Shown here: in pieces, positions 11,250 to 21,819 of the stretch
How the letters are laid out: the number at the start of each line of letters is the position of its first letter
How positions within the stretch are numbered: the first letter of the stretch is position 1
Translations under genes and position numbers: made by a program
Assembly (NCBI GenBank): GCA_045586685.1
Contig: JAZNAU010000042.1
Coordinates: 7,822 to 71,821 of the forward strand
Direction: 5' to 3'
Source: Clostridia bacterium
GTDB taxonomy: Bacteria > Bacillota > Clostridia > HGM11514
DNA: 64,000 nt
Notes under the pieces: model-generated
Seen by the model: only the letters and a program-made list of their open reading frames with translations
What the model was told of the DNA's origin: nothing
The model's database searches: none

Positions 11250-13322
11250 TTAATTCAATACCAAATCACGGGACTCGTAAGAGAAAAACTCTCGAATCCG
11301 TTCTTTTAAATACAGATTCTCCGTTCTGCTCAATTCAGGATCTTCTGTCAAAAGACTTGTTGAAGCCTTTGCAGCAAGCTGAATTAAGGCACTGTCCGAA
11401 AATAAATTGGCAACCTTCAGTTCCGGAACACCGTGCTGACGGGTTCCGAAAAATTCCCCAATACCACGCAGTTCCATATCTTTTTGAGCCAGTAAAAAAC
11501 CGTCGTTTGTCTGACTCATAATTTTCATTCTCTCATTAGCAATTTCTGAATTGCTTCGGCAAATCAAAATACAGTAGGACTGATGATTGCCTCTTCCTAC
11601 GCGTCCCCTTAACTGATGTAATTGAGAAAGTCCGAACCGTTCTGCATTTTCTACAATCATCACCGTAGCATTTGGGACATTGACTCCTACTTCCACCACT
11701 GTTGTACTGATTAACACTTGCAATTCTCCTGAAGAAAACTGCTCCATAACCCTATCCTTTTCCTTTAGTCTTCCGTGAAGCAGTCCCACCTTATACCCCG
11801 CCAACTCACGGTTGCAAAGCTTTTCAGCATACTCTGTCACAGCCTCTGCTTCCAATAAATCTGAGGGGTCTACAAGGGGACATATAATATATGCCTGTCT
11901 GCCCTGATCTAATTCTTTTTTTAGAAAATGATAAATTCTGTCATGCATCCTTTCTCCTACGCCGTAGGTTTTGATTACCTGACGGCCGGGAGGTAATTGG
12001 TCGATGACAGATAAATCCAGATCACCATATAGCGTTAATGCGAGGGTTCTGGGAATGGGTGTTGCAGTCATAACCAGCATATTCGTCTCTTTTCCGTGGC
12101 ACAGAGCCGCCCTTTGGCGTACCCCGAACCGATGCTGTTCATCTGTAATCACCAAACCAAGCTTTGGAATATGTAATTCCTCACTCAACACCGCATGAGT
12201 TCCGATGATCAATGCCGCCCCATTTGCCGCAGCCTCCAACGCTGCCATTTTTTCCTTCTTCTTCATTTTTCCCGTTAAAAGAACACACTCAATCTCTGGA
12301 AAGGGTGAAAAAAATTGTTGAAAGGATGCAAAATGTTGACGGGCTAAAATTTCTGTTGGTACCATCAAAACAGACTGAAATCCGCTTTTTGCCGCCGCAA
12401 ATACCGCGCAAGCAGCTACCGCTGTTTTTCCCGATCCAACATCTCCCTGAACAAGTCGGTTCATCACACGGGGTTGCTTTAAATCTTGTAAAATTTCATC
12501 AATCACTTTCTGTTGGGCGTCTGTGAGCTGATAAGGTAAGGAATGCACAAATTCATTCACACTATCTGCTTGCAAAAAAGGTTCCACCATCAGGCTTTGT
12601 CTGTTCCCGCGAAGCAAACGCAAGCCCGTTCCCAGCAAAAACAATTCTTCAAAGGCAAGACGTCTTTTCGCTAGGGAAAGGCTGTAGGCATCCTTAGGGA
12701 AATGAATCTGCTCCAACGCAAAGTTAATTTCACAAAGCTGATATTTTTCCCGAAACTCAGCGGAAAAAATATCCTCCAAATTCCCCCCCGTCTGTTCGAG
12801 ACAATTTTGAATCACGCTCATACAAACCTTACGGGACAACCCAGCTACCAGATTATATTTTGGTACAATTCTTCCGCAAAGTCTGCCTTCCTGTTCAACA
12901 GACTCAATTTCTGTGACAGTCATTTGCTTTTCACGTCCTGAACGGCTAATTTTACCGTAAAACAAATATTCCTGCCCGCGCTGTAATTTTGCCGCCATAT
13001 ATTTTTGATTAAAAATCAAAACAGGGAGCGCCCCTGTTGCATCGGATACCGCACAGCGAAACAGGGAAAAATTCCGCCTGATTCGTTGTTCTCTCGGATT
13101 CACCTCTGCACGGGCACGGATACACACGGTATCCCCCTCCCTGCACTGTGCAATCGGAATAATATTAGATCGGTCCTCATAATCTCTCGGAAAAAAATAT
13201 AACATATCCAATACTGTTTCCACACCAAGAGAACGAAACAGTTTCGTACGCTGTTCCCCTACGCCCTTCACATATTGGATGCTTTTTTTCGCCAGACTGG
13301 ACCCTCTTTTCATCCCGCTCAT
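11250..13322 (-). CDS. recG: ATP-dependent DNA helicase RecG
   Basis: 690 aa. It has a wedge domain plus SF2 helicase motifs GDVGSGKT and DEQHRFGV. Confidence 0.95.
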   Translation of the reverse strand: MSGMKRGSSLAKKSIQYVKGVGEQRTKLFRSLGVETVLDMLYFFPRDYEDRSNIIPIAQCREGDTVCIRARAEVNPREQRIRRNFSLFRCAVSDATGALPVLIFNQKYMAAKLQRGQEYLFYGKISRSGREKQMTVTEIESVEQEGRLCGRIVPKYNLVAGLSRKVCMSVIQNCLEQTGGNLEDIFSAEFREKYQLCEINFALEQIHFPKDAYSLSLAKRRLAFEELFLLGTGLRLLRGNRQSLMVEPFLQADSVNEFVHSLPYQLTDAQQKVIDEILQDLKQPRVMNRLVQGDVGSGKTAVAACAVFAAAKSGFQSVLMVPTEILARQHFASFQQFFSPFPEIECVLLTGKMKKKEKMAALEAAANGAALIIGTHAVLSEELHIPKLGLVITDEQHRFGVRQRAALCHGKETNMLVMTATPIPRTLALTLYGDLDLSVIDQLPPGRQVIKTYGVGERMHDRIYHFLKKELDQGRQAYIICPLVDPSDLLEAEAVTEYAEKLCNRELAGYKVGLLHGRLKEKDRVMEQFSSGELQVLISTTVVEVGVNVPNATVMIVENAERFGLSQLHQLRGRVGRGNHQSYCILICRSNSEIANERMKIMSQTNDGFLLAQKDMELRGIGEFFGTRQHGVPELKVANLFSDSALIQLAAKASTSLLTEDPELSRTENLYLKERIREFFSYESRDLVLN

Positions 13323-13328
13323 TCCTGT

Positions 13329-14924
13329 TTATTCTACAGATAGAATGTAGTGATATACCGGCTGACCGCCTGCATAGCAAACCACATCACAATCTTCAAA
13401 TTTTTCTTCCAATTCTTCTTTCAACTGTTCTGCTTTTTCCTTTGTTGTTTCCTGTCCGTAGTAAATGGTAATGATACCACTGTCCTCATTCACCAAGGTT
13501 TCCAATGCAGAAACAGAAGCTATATTTTCATCCGACTCGGCACAAACAACACCGCTTGCCGTTACACCGATGAAATCTCCTTCACGCACTTTTACATCTC
13601 CAATGGTGGTATTTCTTACTGCATTGGTCACAGATGCGGTTTCTACCTGATTCAACGCACCGCACATACGATCATAATTTTCATTTTCTGATAAATCAGG
13701 TGCAAAAGAAGCAAGTGCTGCCACACATTGAGGTATGGTTTTGGTGGGAACAATTTTCACCTGACAGTCTGATACCATTTCAGCTGCCTGATTCGCTGCC
13801 AAAATAATATTCTTGTTATTGGGAAACACATAAACAGTTTCACCATTTGCAGATTTTACCGCATTTACAATATCCTCTGCACTGGGATTCATGGTCTGTC
13901 CGCCTTCGATTGCAACTGTCAATCCCATCTCCTTCAATATAGCACAAATTCCGCTCCCTGCGCATACTCCCACAAAGGCAAAAGGCACACGTTCTTCCGC
14001 TTGTTGTTTCCTTTGTGCAGTTTGCTCCTTCATATTGTCAATTTTAATATCGGTCAGTCCACCTACCGTTAAAGCAAGTCCCAACACATTTTCGGGATGA
14101 TCAGTATGCACATGAACTTTTGCAAAATCTGCATCGTCAATCACAAGCACACAATCTCCAATTTTTTTCAGTTCCCTTTCAATGGAACCTGCTTTTTTTA
14201 TAGGAGATTCTTTTAGGATAATCAGCTCTGTGCAATAAGTAAAAGGACTTTCAATATGCAAATCCTCATTTATCACCTTTGCAGGCTCAGCCGTTTCCTG
14301 AACTTCAGACAACTCAACAGGACTTCCTTGTTCCAGAACATAGTAAGCCCCTTCCAAAATTTTCAAAAGACCTAAACCACCGGCATCAACCACGCCTGCC
14401 TGTTTTAATACAGGCAACATTTCAGGTGTTTTTTCCAGTGCCTCTTTTGCTCCTTTAATAACAGCTTCCAGCTGTTCCTTTCCATTTTCAAAGGTTCCTG
14501 TTGCAGATTCCGCACCCAATCTTCCCACTGTCAGAATGGTGCCCTCTGTAGGGTTCATGACAGCACGGTAAGCAACTGCTACCGATTCTTTAAACGCTGC
14601 CGAGAAAACTTCAGGTGTTCCTACCTCTGCCGTTCCCAATCCCTTTGCAAATCCTCTTAGGAACTGAGAAAGAATCACTCCCGAGTTTCCTCTTGCACCT
14701 CGCAAAGCCGCACCTGCCGCACGGTCAGCTGCCTTATATAAAGAATCACTCGGGTTTTTCTTCATTTCCTGTGCGGCTGCCATCATGGTTTTTGCCATGT
14801 TTGTTCCGGTATCACCGTCAGGCACGGGAAATACATTCATATCATTAACCATCTGCTTTTGATTTTCCAAGTGATTTGCCGCAGAAATAATCATTGCAGA
14901 AAATAATGCTCCATCAATGTTCAA
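13329..14924 (-). CDS. yloV: DAK2 domain fusion protein YloV
   Basis: 531 aa. The DAK2 N-terminal domain reads PVPDGDTGTNM, and a DegV-like C-terminal half follows. Synteny with yloU and recG supports the call. Confidence 0.9.
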   Translation of the reverse strand: MNIDGALFSAMIISAANHLENQKQMVNDMNVFPVPDGDTGTNMAKTMMAAAQEMKKNPSDSLYKAADRAAGAALRGARGNSGVILSQFLRGFAKGLGTAEVGTPEVFSAAFKESVAVAYRAVMNPTEGTILTVGRLGAESATGTFENGKEQLEAVIKGAKEALEKTPEMLPVLKQAGVVDAGGLGLLKILEGAYYVLEQGSPVELSEVQETAEPAKVINEDLHIESPFTYCTELIILKESPIKKAGSIERELKKIGDCVLVIDDADFAKVHVHTDHPENVLGLALTVGGLTDIKIDNMKEQTAQRKQQAEERVPFAFVGVCAGSGICAILKEMGLTVAIEGGQTMNPSAEDIVNAVKSANGETVYVFPNNKNIILAANQAAEMVSDCQVKIVPTKTIPQCVAALASFAPDLSENENYDRMCGALNQVETASVTNAVRNTTIGDVKVREGDFIGVTASGVVCAESDENIASVSALETLVNEDSGIITIYYGQETTKEKAEQLKEELEEKFEDCDVVCYAGGQPVYHYILSVE

Positions 14925-14939
14925 CGCTCATTCCTCCGA

Positions 14940-15293
14940 TCAATCCACTCTGATTCCGTCTACACAAACCTGTACCTTTTTCGGGATAATTCCGGTCATT
15001 TCTTCTATCATATAGGAAACTGTAGACGAAATATTTTCACCAATGGCAGCAATGTTTACCCCATGCTCCACCATAATATGCAATTCTAAAGATACCGCAC
15101 CTTCCTTTTGAACCACACGGATTCCTTTTGTCATATTTTCTTTTTTCAGTAAATTTACAATCCCGTCCCGTGTACCTCTCTGGGTCATGCCGACCACACC
15201 GTAGCAACGGGTTGCTACACAACCGGCAATATTTGCTATTACGTTATCTGTTACTTCAATCAAGCCGTACTTTGTTTCAGTTATCATACTCAT
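14940..15293 (-). CDS. yloU: Asp23/Gls24 family envelope stress protein (YloU)
   Basis: About 117 aa in the Asp23 family. The start was chosen at the internal MSM..., with an AAAGG RBS. Confidence 0.8.
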   Translation of the reverse strand: MSMITETKYGLIEVTDNVIANIAGCVATRCYGVVGMTQRGTRDGIVNLLKKENMTKGIRVVQKEGAVSLELHIMVEHGVNIAAIGENISSTVSYMIEEMTGIIPKKVQVCVDGIRVD

Positions 15294-15376
15294 AGCATCA
15301 CAGCCTTTCATTCAATATTACAAAAATGTTACATACTGTTATTATAACACGGTTTTTAAAAAAATTCTACCCTTTT

Positions 15377-17416
15377 TTATAAAATTTCTATACAATTTAT
15401 ATTTTTCCTTTGTTTTGCCAGGTCAAAATCCCGATTTCGGCAAGTAAACAGCAAAATCTGTGTGCCTGTCCGACGGGCATAGTCATCCAATACAGCAATG
15501 GTTTGCTCTGCCCGAGTATCGTCATATTGCATCAGAACATCATCTAGCAACAAGGGAGCTCCTGTTTCCATCAGCTCCAGCATGGCAAGTCGGAAAGCAA
15601 GGTAGGTTTGGTCAAAAACCCCGCCCGAAAACTGTTCCAGAGAACAAGTATGAGATTCTTCTGTCAGCTTCACGGCATATTCTTTGGAAATTCTCACTTG
15701 GCTGTACTTTCCCTGTGTCATTTGTTCTAAAAGTTCCCCTGCCCTTTGATTTAAGTTGGTGCCAAATTGCTGTTCCATTTGCTGATATGCTTGCTCCAAT
15801 ACTTCCAGCGTCACATTTAAAACCTGTTCTTTTTTTCTGTATTCTTCCCGTTTTTGTTCCCATTCTATTCTGGTTGCTGTCAACATTTCGGGTGCTATGT
15901 CATATAAATGTTGTTGTTTTGCTTCCAGTTGTTCACTCTCACGAGCCAATTCCAATTCTTTTTGGTGCAATTCTTCTTTGGAAAGGGCTGGCATACATAT
16001 ATCTTCTACCTCTAAAACCTCATCCATCCTTTTTCCCGCCAACGCCTTTTGCAGTAATTCTTCATAGGTTTTTATCTGAGTCAGAGCGGATTTCCTTTCT
16101 GCCTGACGAGTTCTTCTCTCACTGCAAAGAGAAAACAGCTGTTCCGGAGAAGAACAGTTCAGGTGTTTTCCTTTCTCCTCATATTCCATAATCTTTTTTT
16201 CAAGAGCCTTCATTTGCTCCTGTCTCTTTTTCTGTTGCGTCATGGCTGCATCAGAAGCACTTTGCCGCTCCAAAGACTCCGTATATTTTTGAGAAAATTC
16301 ATTGGAAGTACGGCAACCGTATGCTTCCCATGGCTGTTCTGTTTTACGGACTGCCAAAATAAGCATCCCTATCAAAGAAAGAGCTGTAGGAACAAAGCAC
16401 CAAGGTGTTATCAGTATACCGCATAATGCAAATACTGCAGCTGAAACGAGGCATGTTATCAGCAATCCAAGCGGGCGTTTCTTACCCTTCATAACCCGAG
16501 TAAATTCCTCTTGAGAGCAAAGAACCGATGCAGATGTTACAACCTCCGTTTCCTGTTCCTTCACCAAACGCAACGTTTCCTCTTCCTGCTTCCATTCCCG
16601 AGCAATGACCTCGTATATTTCATATTCCTCATCTGCTCCCTCGGAAAGCTGATAAAGGCGGTCCAGCTCCTCCTGATATTCTACACATATCCGCTTTTGC
16701 TCTGATTTTTCAAATCCATCCCATTGTTTTTCCATTTTTCGAAGGAGTTTTAATTCCTGTTCAATTTCCTGAATACGACGGTAATTTTCGGCACCTTGAG
16801 AAATTTTTTCTTCCATCAATTTTTCCTGCTCACGGTACTCAAGAACCTTTTGTTCTGCTTGGTTTAACAATCCTCCGTCTCCCCGTCTGTTACGAAGTTT
16901 TGAAAGCATGGTGTTCAGGGTTTTTACACACGCTCCGTAAGAAACCTGCGTCTCCCCTGTGTGTTCCAGATTGGCCAGCTTTTCTGCTATTTCATCCTTG
17001 TTATCCTTTACAATCATAAGCTGACCCTGAGTTACACAAGCAGTTTTTAAAAAGGTTTCTGCTCCCATGGAAAACAATTCACGTCCCAAAGATTCGGGCA
17101 CCATTCTTTCCTCGCCGTTTTGATTATTGAAAAAAGTGACTTTATCCCCTTTTTTGGTTTTGCCAAATTTCACCTGATAGAGCCATTCTCCGTCCTGTTC
17201 AAATATCATACTGCCATGGGGGGCAGTCCCGTTCCATGGGGAATATTTCTCCCGTCCCTTTGTCTCAAATCCATAAAGACAAGTCTTTAAAAAGGCAAGA
17301 AAACTACTTTTTCCCGCACCGTTTTCGCCATAAATTACATTCAATCCGGATTCAAATTCTTTTTTACAGTCAGAAAGGCCGCCAAATGCACCAATATGTA
17401 CTTGTTTCAATTTCAT
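15377..17416 (-). CDS. YhaN-like AAA/SMC-type ATPase with central transmembrane segment (SbcC-like)
   Basis: N-terminal Walker A GENGAGKSS. A long coiled coil is interrupted by two hydrophobic helices (LLITCLVSAAVFALCGILITPW...LSLIGMLILAV). The C-terminus has the signature/D-loop FSGG...LLLDD. Confidence 0.8.
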   Translation of the reverse strand: MKLKQVHIGAFGGLSDCKKEFESGLNVIYGENGAGKSSFLAFLKTCLYGFETKGREKYSPWNGTAPHGSMIFEQDGEWLYQVKFGKTKKGDKVTFFNNQNGEERMVPESLGRELFSMGAETFLKTACVTQGQLMIVKDNKDEIAEKLANLEHTGETQVSYGACVKTLNTMLSKLRNRRGDGGLLNQAEQKVLEYREQEKLMEEKISQGAENYRRIQEIEQELKLLRKMEKQWDGFEKSEQKRICVEYQEELDRLYQLSEGADEEYEIYEVIAREWKQEEETLRLVKEQETEVVTSASVLCSQEEFTRVMKGKKRPLGLLITCLVSAAVFALCGILITPWCFVPTALSLIGMLILAVRKTEQPWEAYGCRTSNEFSQKYTESLERQSASDAAMTQQKKRQEQMKALEKKIMEYEEKGKHLNCSSPEQLFSLCSERRTRQAERKSALTQIKTYEELLQKALAGKRMDEVLEVEDICMPALSKEELHQKELELARESEQLEAKQQHLYDIAPEMLTATRIEWEQKREEYRKKEQVLNVTLEVLEQAYQQMEQQFGTNLNQRAGELLEQMTQGKYSQVRISKEYAVKLTEESHTCSLEQFSGGVFDQTYLAFRLAMLELMETGAPLLLDDVLMQYDDTRAEQTIAVLDDYARRTGTQILLFTCRNRDFDLAKQRKNINCIEIL

Positions 17417-17427
17417 AAATCGGCCTC

Positions 17428-18459
17428 CTATTCTTGTATCGGTTTATGATCCAATAAGGCAACACCCATTTCTAATGCCTTTTTCAGCACTTCATTATCA
17501 GGAGTTTCTTTTAACCGTTCCAACATTTCACGGACAAACAAACCACGCAAGGTATATTCATCCGCCATATCCTCATAGGATAAATACGGTACACATTCTG
17601 AGCGTAATTTCAGATAATAAAACCGCTTTTCAATTCGTTCTTTCAACACTTCTGTCAAAAACGGAAAGTCAGGATCTATACTTCCTGTCAGGTGAATACT
17701 CCAGCAATCCTTACCCGGATTGGGACATGCCTCAAAAATAGCCTCTTCAATTCCCTCATATCCGTTTTGATTTTTTAACGAAACAGTCAAGCAATGATAC
17801 TGTCTTCCTTTTAACGGAACAAACGACAGATTGCCGATTTCTCCCATAATCACACCTTTTTGTCCTGTTTCATCAAACCCACCGCCCAATGGCACACCGC
17901 TGTAAGCGTAATTTCCTTCCAAGCCGGAAAAGGAATGAACATGACCCAATGCACAGTAAGTAAAGGGTGCTAATTCTTCACGAGTCAAGGGGTTATAGTC
18001 ACTATTCCCGCCTAAATCTCCATGAATACACAAAAGATTTATCTGTTCATGATTGACCTCTATCTTCCCCACAGGCAAACCGCAGTTTCCGTAGACTGCA
18101 AACTGTCCGCAATCCACTTTTTCCGTTTCTCCTCGAAAAATATGCACATTTTCACCGAAATCAAAAAGTGCATAAGGAGAATCAGGTGTATAGGGGTCAT
18201 GGTTCCCCGGTGCAATAAACACCTTTACATGGGGAATGGATGCAAATTTTTCCCGTATCAGCATCAAATATGACAAATCAAAATAATGACTATCAAAGAA
18301 ATCCCCGGCAATCAGAAGCACATCCACATCCTTTGCCAAAGAGATAATTTCATAAAATATATCCATCTGTTCTGCTTTTGCCTCTGCCACTTTCACAGAA
18401 TCGGTCATTCCGGCAAAAGCACGGTTCAAATGCAAGTCTGCACAATGCAAAATCCGCAT
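17428..18459 (-). CDS. calcineurin-like metallophosphoesterase, SbcD/YhaO-like DNA repair exonuclease
   Basis: Motifs CADLHL, AGDFFD and GNHD. It is adjacent to, and co-oriented with, the ATPase. Confidence 0.85.
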   Translation of the reverse strand: MRILHCADLHLNRAFAGMTDSVKVAEAKAEQMDIFYEIISLAKDVDVLLIAGDFFDSHYFDLSYLMLIREKFASIPHVKVFIAPGNHDPYTPDSPYALFDFGENVHIFRGETEKVDCGQFAVYGNCGLPVGKIEVNHEQINLLCIHGDLGGNSDYNPLTREELAPFTYCALGHVHSFSGLEGNYAYSGVPLGGGFDETGQKGVIMGEIGNLSFVPLKGRQYHCLTVSLKNQNGYEGIEEAIFEACPNPGKDCWSIHLTGSIDPDFPFLTEVLKERIEKRFYYLKLRSECVPYLSYEDMADEYTLRGLFVREMLERLKETPDNEVLKKALEMGVALLDHKPIQE

Positions 18460-18462
18460 TGC

Positions 18463-19686
18463 CTACACTTCCTTCCGAATAATGGTTCCTGCAGGGAAAT
18501 CCCCTTGGGGCGCATCAATCATCACCTTCATCTGGGCATGAGGAGCACAATCAATCTCCTGCCCCCGTTCATTTTTCATCATCCCTACCTGATGGGACAC
18601 AAATCTTCCCTCAGGCGGTACAAATTCCACACGGTCTCCCAAGGAAAAACGGTTTCTTTGTTCCAGATATACAATGCCGTCCTCCACCCGTTCTACCACG
18701 CCTACAATATCATAGGTTCTGATATAAGAGCTGGTACCGTAAATCTGTCCGGCTTCTTTAGGATTTCCCAATGCAAATCCTGTATAATAATCACGATGGC
18801 TGACCTTACAAAGCTCTTCAAAATAATACGGGTCCTTTTTGTATTCTGCTCCTTGGACTTCAAACGCATCCAGAGCCTCGCGGTATGCCTTTGTCACAAT
18901 GGCATTGTAATACCCACTCTTAACCCGACCTTCAATTTTCAGGCTATTCACACCTGCCCGCTTTATCTCATCCAGATATTCCACAAGACAGATGTCCTTT
19001 GCATTAAACAAAAAGGTTCCGTGTTCATTTTCTGTAATCTGCATAGGCTGACCGGGGCGTTGTTCCTCCGTTACATAATAATTCCATCGGCAAGGCTGGG
19101 CACAGGCACCACTGTTAGCATCTCTCCCTGTAAGATAGGAACTTAACAAACATCTTCCGGAATAGGCGATGCACATGGCTCCGTGCACAAACATTTCAAT
19201 CTCCAGCTCCGGGGAAACATTTTGTCGAATTTCTGCAATTTCTTCTAAAGACAATTCCCGCGCCAGCACCACACGGGATGCACCCATTTTATGCCATAAA
19301 TTCATGGAACGGTAATTGGTATTGCTTGCCTGGGTGCTCACATGAAGACGAATTTTATCCTTATATTGAGAGGCAATTTCAAACGCGCCCAAATCGGAAA
19401 TAATCATGGCGTCTGCCCCTGCATCTACTGCGATACGGCAAATTTCATCAAAGCCTTCCAGCTCATGATTGTGTAAAATTACATTGGCTGTCAGATAGAC
19501 CTTCTTGCCTATTTTGTGAGCCAATTCTACCGCTTCCCTTAATTCATCGGGAGTCAGGTTATCTGCCGCCGCACGGAGAGAAAAACGGTTCAATCCGCAA
19601 TACACAGCATCAGCACCGTATTGCAATGCTGTTTTTAGTTTTGAAAAATTTCCGGCAGGAGCAAGTAACTCCAATTTTTTACCCAT
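18463..19686 (-). CDS. trhP: peptidase U32 family protein (TrhP/YrrO-like; tRNA uridine-34 hydroxylation)
   Basis: U32 TIM-barrel N-terminus (LLAPAGN...DAVY) and C-terminal Cys-rich region. It is paired with an upstream O-methyltransferase as in the B. subtilis yrrM-yrrN-yrrO locus. The start was chosen at MGKKLE. Confidence 0.8.
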   Translation of the reverse strand: MGKKLELLAPAGNFSKLKTALQYGADAVYCGLNRFSLRAAADNLTPDELREAVELAHKIGKKVYLTANVILHNHELEGFDEICRIAVDAGADAMIISDLGAFEIASQYKDKIRLHVSTQASNTNYRSMNLWHKMGASRVVLARELSLEEIAEIRQNVSPELEIEMFVHGAMCIAYSGRCLLSSYLTGRDANSGACAQPCRWNYYVTEEQRPGQPMQITENEHGTFLFNAKDICLVEYLDEIKRAGVNSLKIEGRVKSGYYNAIVTKAYREALDAFEVQGAEYKKDPYYFEELCKVSHRDYYTGFALGNPKEAGQIYGTSSYIRTYDIVGVVERVEDGIVYLEQRNRFSLGDRVEFVPPEGRFVSHQVGMMKNERGQEIDCAPHAQMKVMIDAPQGDFPAGTIIRKEV

Positions 19687-20335
19687 TTGTATCACACCCT
19701 TTTTTATAAGCCAATGCCACTCCGTCTCCCAAAGGAAGAAGAGAAGTGACATACTCTTCATTGTTCATCAATTCGTTCAAAAATTCTCTTAACCGCTTTA
19801 CAATGGTAATTTTTCTTCGTACTACCAGTTCATCCGTTGCCGTCATTCCCTTATATAGTACATTATCACAAACCAGAATACCTCTTTGTGGAATCAAAAT
19901 CTGATTCAAAAAGGTTTCGTACTGTCCCTTAGCTGCATCAATAAATACCAAATCAAATTCTCCAGTTACCAAAGACAGGGTTTTGGTAGCATCTCCTTCG
20001 ATAATGGTAATTCGATTTTCCAAGCCTGCTTCCGTAATATATTGCCGTGCAACAGAAATCATAGTTTCATCCCGCTCTAAAGTCACAATCTCTGCCCCAC
20101 AGCTCTTTGCCATTGCGATAGCAGAATAACCAATGGCGGTTCCGATTTCCAAAATCCGTTTTGGTTGCTTCACCGCACACAAAAATTGTAAAAAAGCAGA
20201 TGTTTCCCTCTGTGAAACAGGCACCTCATGAGTTTCGGCAAACTTTCTCATTTCGCAAAGCAAGGGATCCTTATCATCTGTCATTTCCCGTAAATACCGA
20301 ATAATATAGTCATAGTTAATGTTATCTTCAATCAC
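19679..20335 (-). CDS. trmR: class I SAM-dependent O-methyltransferase (TrmR/YrrM-like, caffeoyl-CoA OMT family)
   Basis: 218 aa with the SAM-binding ILEIGTAIGYSA motif and DLVFIDAAK. Confidence 0.85.
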   Translation of the reverse strand: MIEDNINYDYIIRYLREMTDDKDPLLCEMRKFAETHEVPVSQRETSAFLQFLCAVKQPKRILEIGTAIGYSAIAMAKSCGAEIVTLERDETMISVARQYITEAGLENRITIIEGDATKTLSLVTGEFDLVFIDAAKGQYETFLNQILIPQRGILVCDNVLYKGMTATDELVVRRKITIVKRLREFLNELMNNEEYVTSLLPLGDGVALAYKKGCDTNG

Positions 20336-20337
20336 AA

Positions 20338-21264
20338 TTACACCCCATTAAACAAGAACACCTGAAACAAAACAAAACTGATTAAAATCAGCAATCCCGG
20401 AAAACTGAATACAATCCGACCCAATTCATAAGCCACACTTTTTTTCATTGGAATTTCCATTCTTGCACCATTTTCAAGGTTATGTATCTTAAATAACCGA
20501 TTTAACAAAAGAAAGCCAAGCAAGGATGCCAAAAACAGAATAAACATCAGAATTTCAACCCAAAGAGAAGACATGTTTTGCTCTGCCATAAAACTAATTA
20601 ACACCACCAAGTTGTTCACTCCGTGTAAAATCATTCCCGACCAGATAGAACCTGTCTGTAATACTACGGTTGCCAGAACAACCCCCAGAATAATAGTAGA
20701 AATCAGATTTCTTATATCCAGATGTACAATAGCGAACAAAAAAGCAGATGCCGCAATGGCGCTCTTACTACCTCTCCATAAATACGCATGTAACACCACT
20801 CCGCGCATCAAAAGCTCTTCTGTTACAGTAGGAATCAGAACCACTGCCGTCAGCGCCAGCAAAAAGCTTCTTCCGTTCCCCGGCACAGGTAACACACCGG
20901 TTGCTGTTTCCGCGCCGAACCAACTTAACACTAAAACGGTTACCGTGTTTATCATCCGACAAATATACTGAATGCAAACACCCATCCCTATCAGAATCAG
21001 CACGTTTTTCTTGTCAAGCCGATGAATCAGAAAGGTTTGGGTTACATCAATATTTTTCGGATAAAGATGCAAAGCTGTAGGAAGTAACACTGCAAAAATC
21101 TGCAAAAAAATCCGTAGTAAATAGCCGTCCGGTCGTTCAAAACTAAAAAAAGAATATAAGATTCCATACACCACGGTACAAAACACCTGCAGTAAAATCA
21201 CCGTAAACAGCAGCCATTGTACCCCGCTGGGTGTGAGCTGATAACTGTTTTTTATCTTTGGCAT
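20338..21264 (-). CDS. CPBP family intramembrane glutamic endopeptidase (CAAX protease/Abi domain)
   Basis: Polytopic membrane protein with motif 1 TVTEELLMRG, motif 2 FLFAIVHL and motif 3 HGVNN. Confidence 0.85.
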   Translation of the reverse strand: MPKIKNSYQLTPSGVQWLLFTVILLQVFCTVVYGILYSFFSFERPDGYLLRIFLQIFAVLLPTALHLYPKNIDVTQTFLIHRLDKKNVLILIGMGVCIQYICRMINTVTVLVLSWFGAETATGVLPVPGNGRSFLLALTAVVLIPTVTEELLMRGVVLHAYLWRGSKSAIAASAFLFAIVHLDIRNLISTIILGVVLATVVLQTGSIWSGMILHGVNNLVVLISFMAEQNMSSLWVEILMFILFLASLLGFLLLNRLFKIHNLENGARMEIPMKKSVAYELGRIVFSFPGLLILISFVLFQVFLFNGV

Positions 21265-21275
21265 CTCACATCCTC

Positions 21276-21809
21276 CTAAATATCATATACTTGATTGCGG
21301 ATTTCTTCCGCTTTTTGTTCACCCATGAATGCCTCAATAATGGCATAGGCAAACTGATTGGCTACACCCGCAGATTTTCCGGTAATCACATTTCCATCCC
21401 GAACAACTGATTCCTGAGAAATCGTTGCTCCAATCAGTTTGTTTTCAAAACCGGGATAGCAGATTGCTGTTTTCCCGTTCAGCAGACCCATTCCGCCAAG
21501 AATTAAAGGTGCTGCACAAATGGCTGCTGCCATCCCGTCCCTCTCTAAGCAAGCAATAACGGTGTTGCGAACATACTCGCTTTCGTTTAAATGATTGGTT
21601 CCGGGCAAACCTCCGGGCAATACTACCATTCGCGGAACCTCTGTTTCCTCGGGAAGTAAATCTGCCGTTACGGGAATGTTATGAGAACCCGTAACCACTT
21701 TTCCTGTCACTCCAACTGTTTTCACTTCGATTCCAGCACGGCGGGCATAGTCCACCACTGTCAATGCCTCAATTTCTTCAAAGCCTTCTGCTAACATTAC
21801 ATAAATCAT
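21276..21809 (-). CDS. DJ-1/PfpI family protein
   Basis: 177 aa. The nucleophile-elbow Cys lies in AAICAAPLIL. Confidence 0.85.
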   Translation of the reverse strand: MIYVMLAEGFEEIEALTVVDYARRAGIEVKTVGVTGKVVTGSHNIPVTADLLPEETEVPRMVVLPGGLPGTNHLNESEYVRNTVIACLERDGMAAAICAAPLILGGMGLLNGKTAICYPGFENKLIGATISQESVVRDGNVITGKSAGVANQFAYAIIEAFMGEQKAEEIRNQVYDI

Positions 21810-21819
21810 ACTGCCACCT

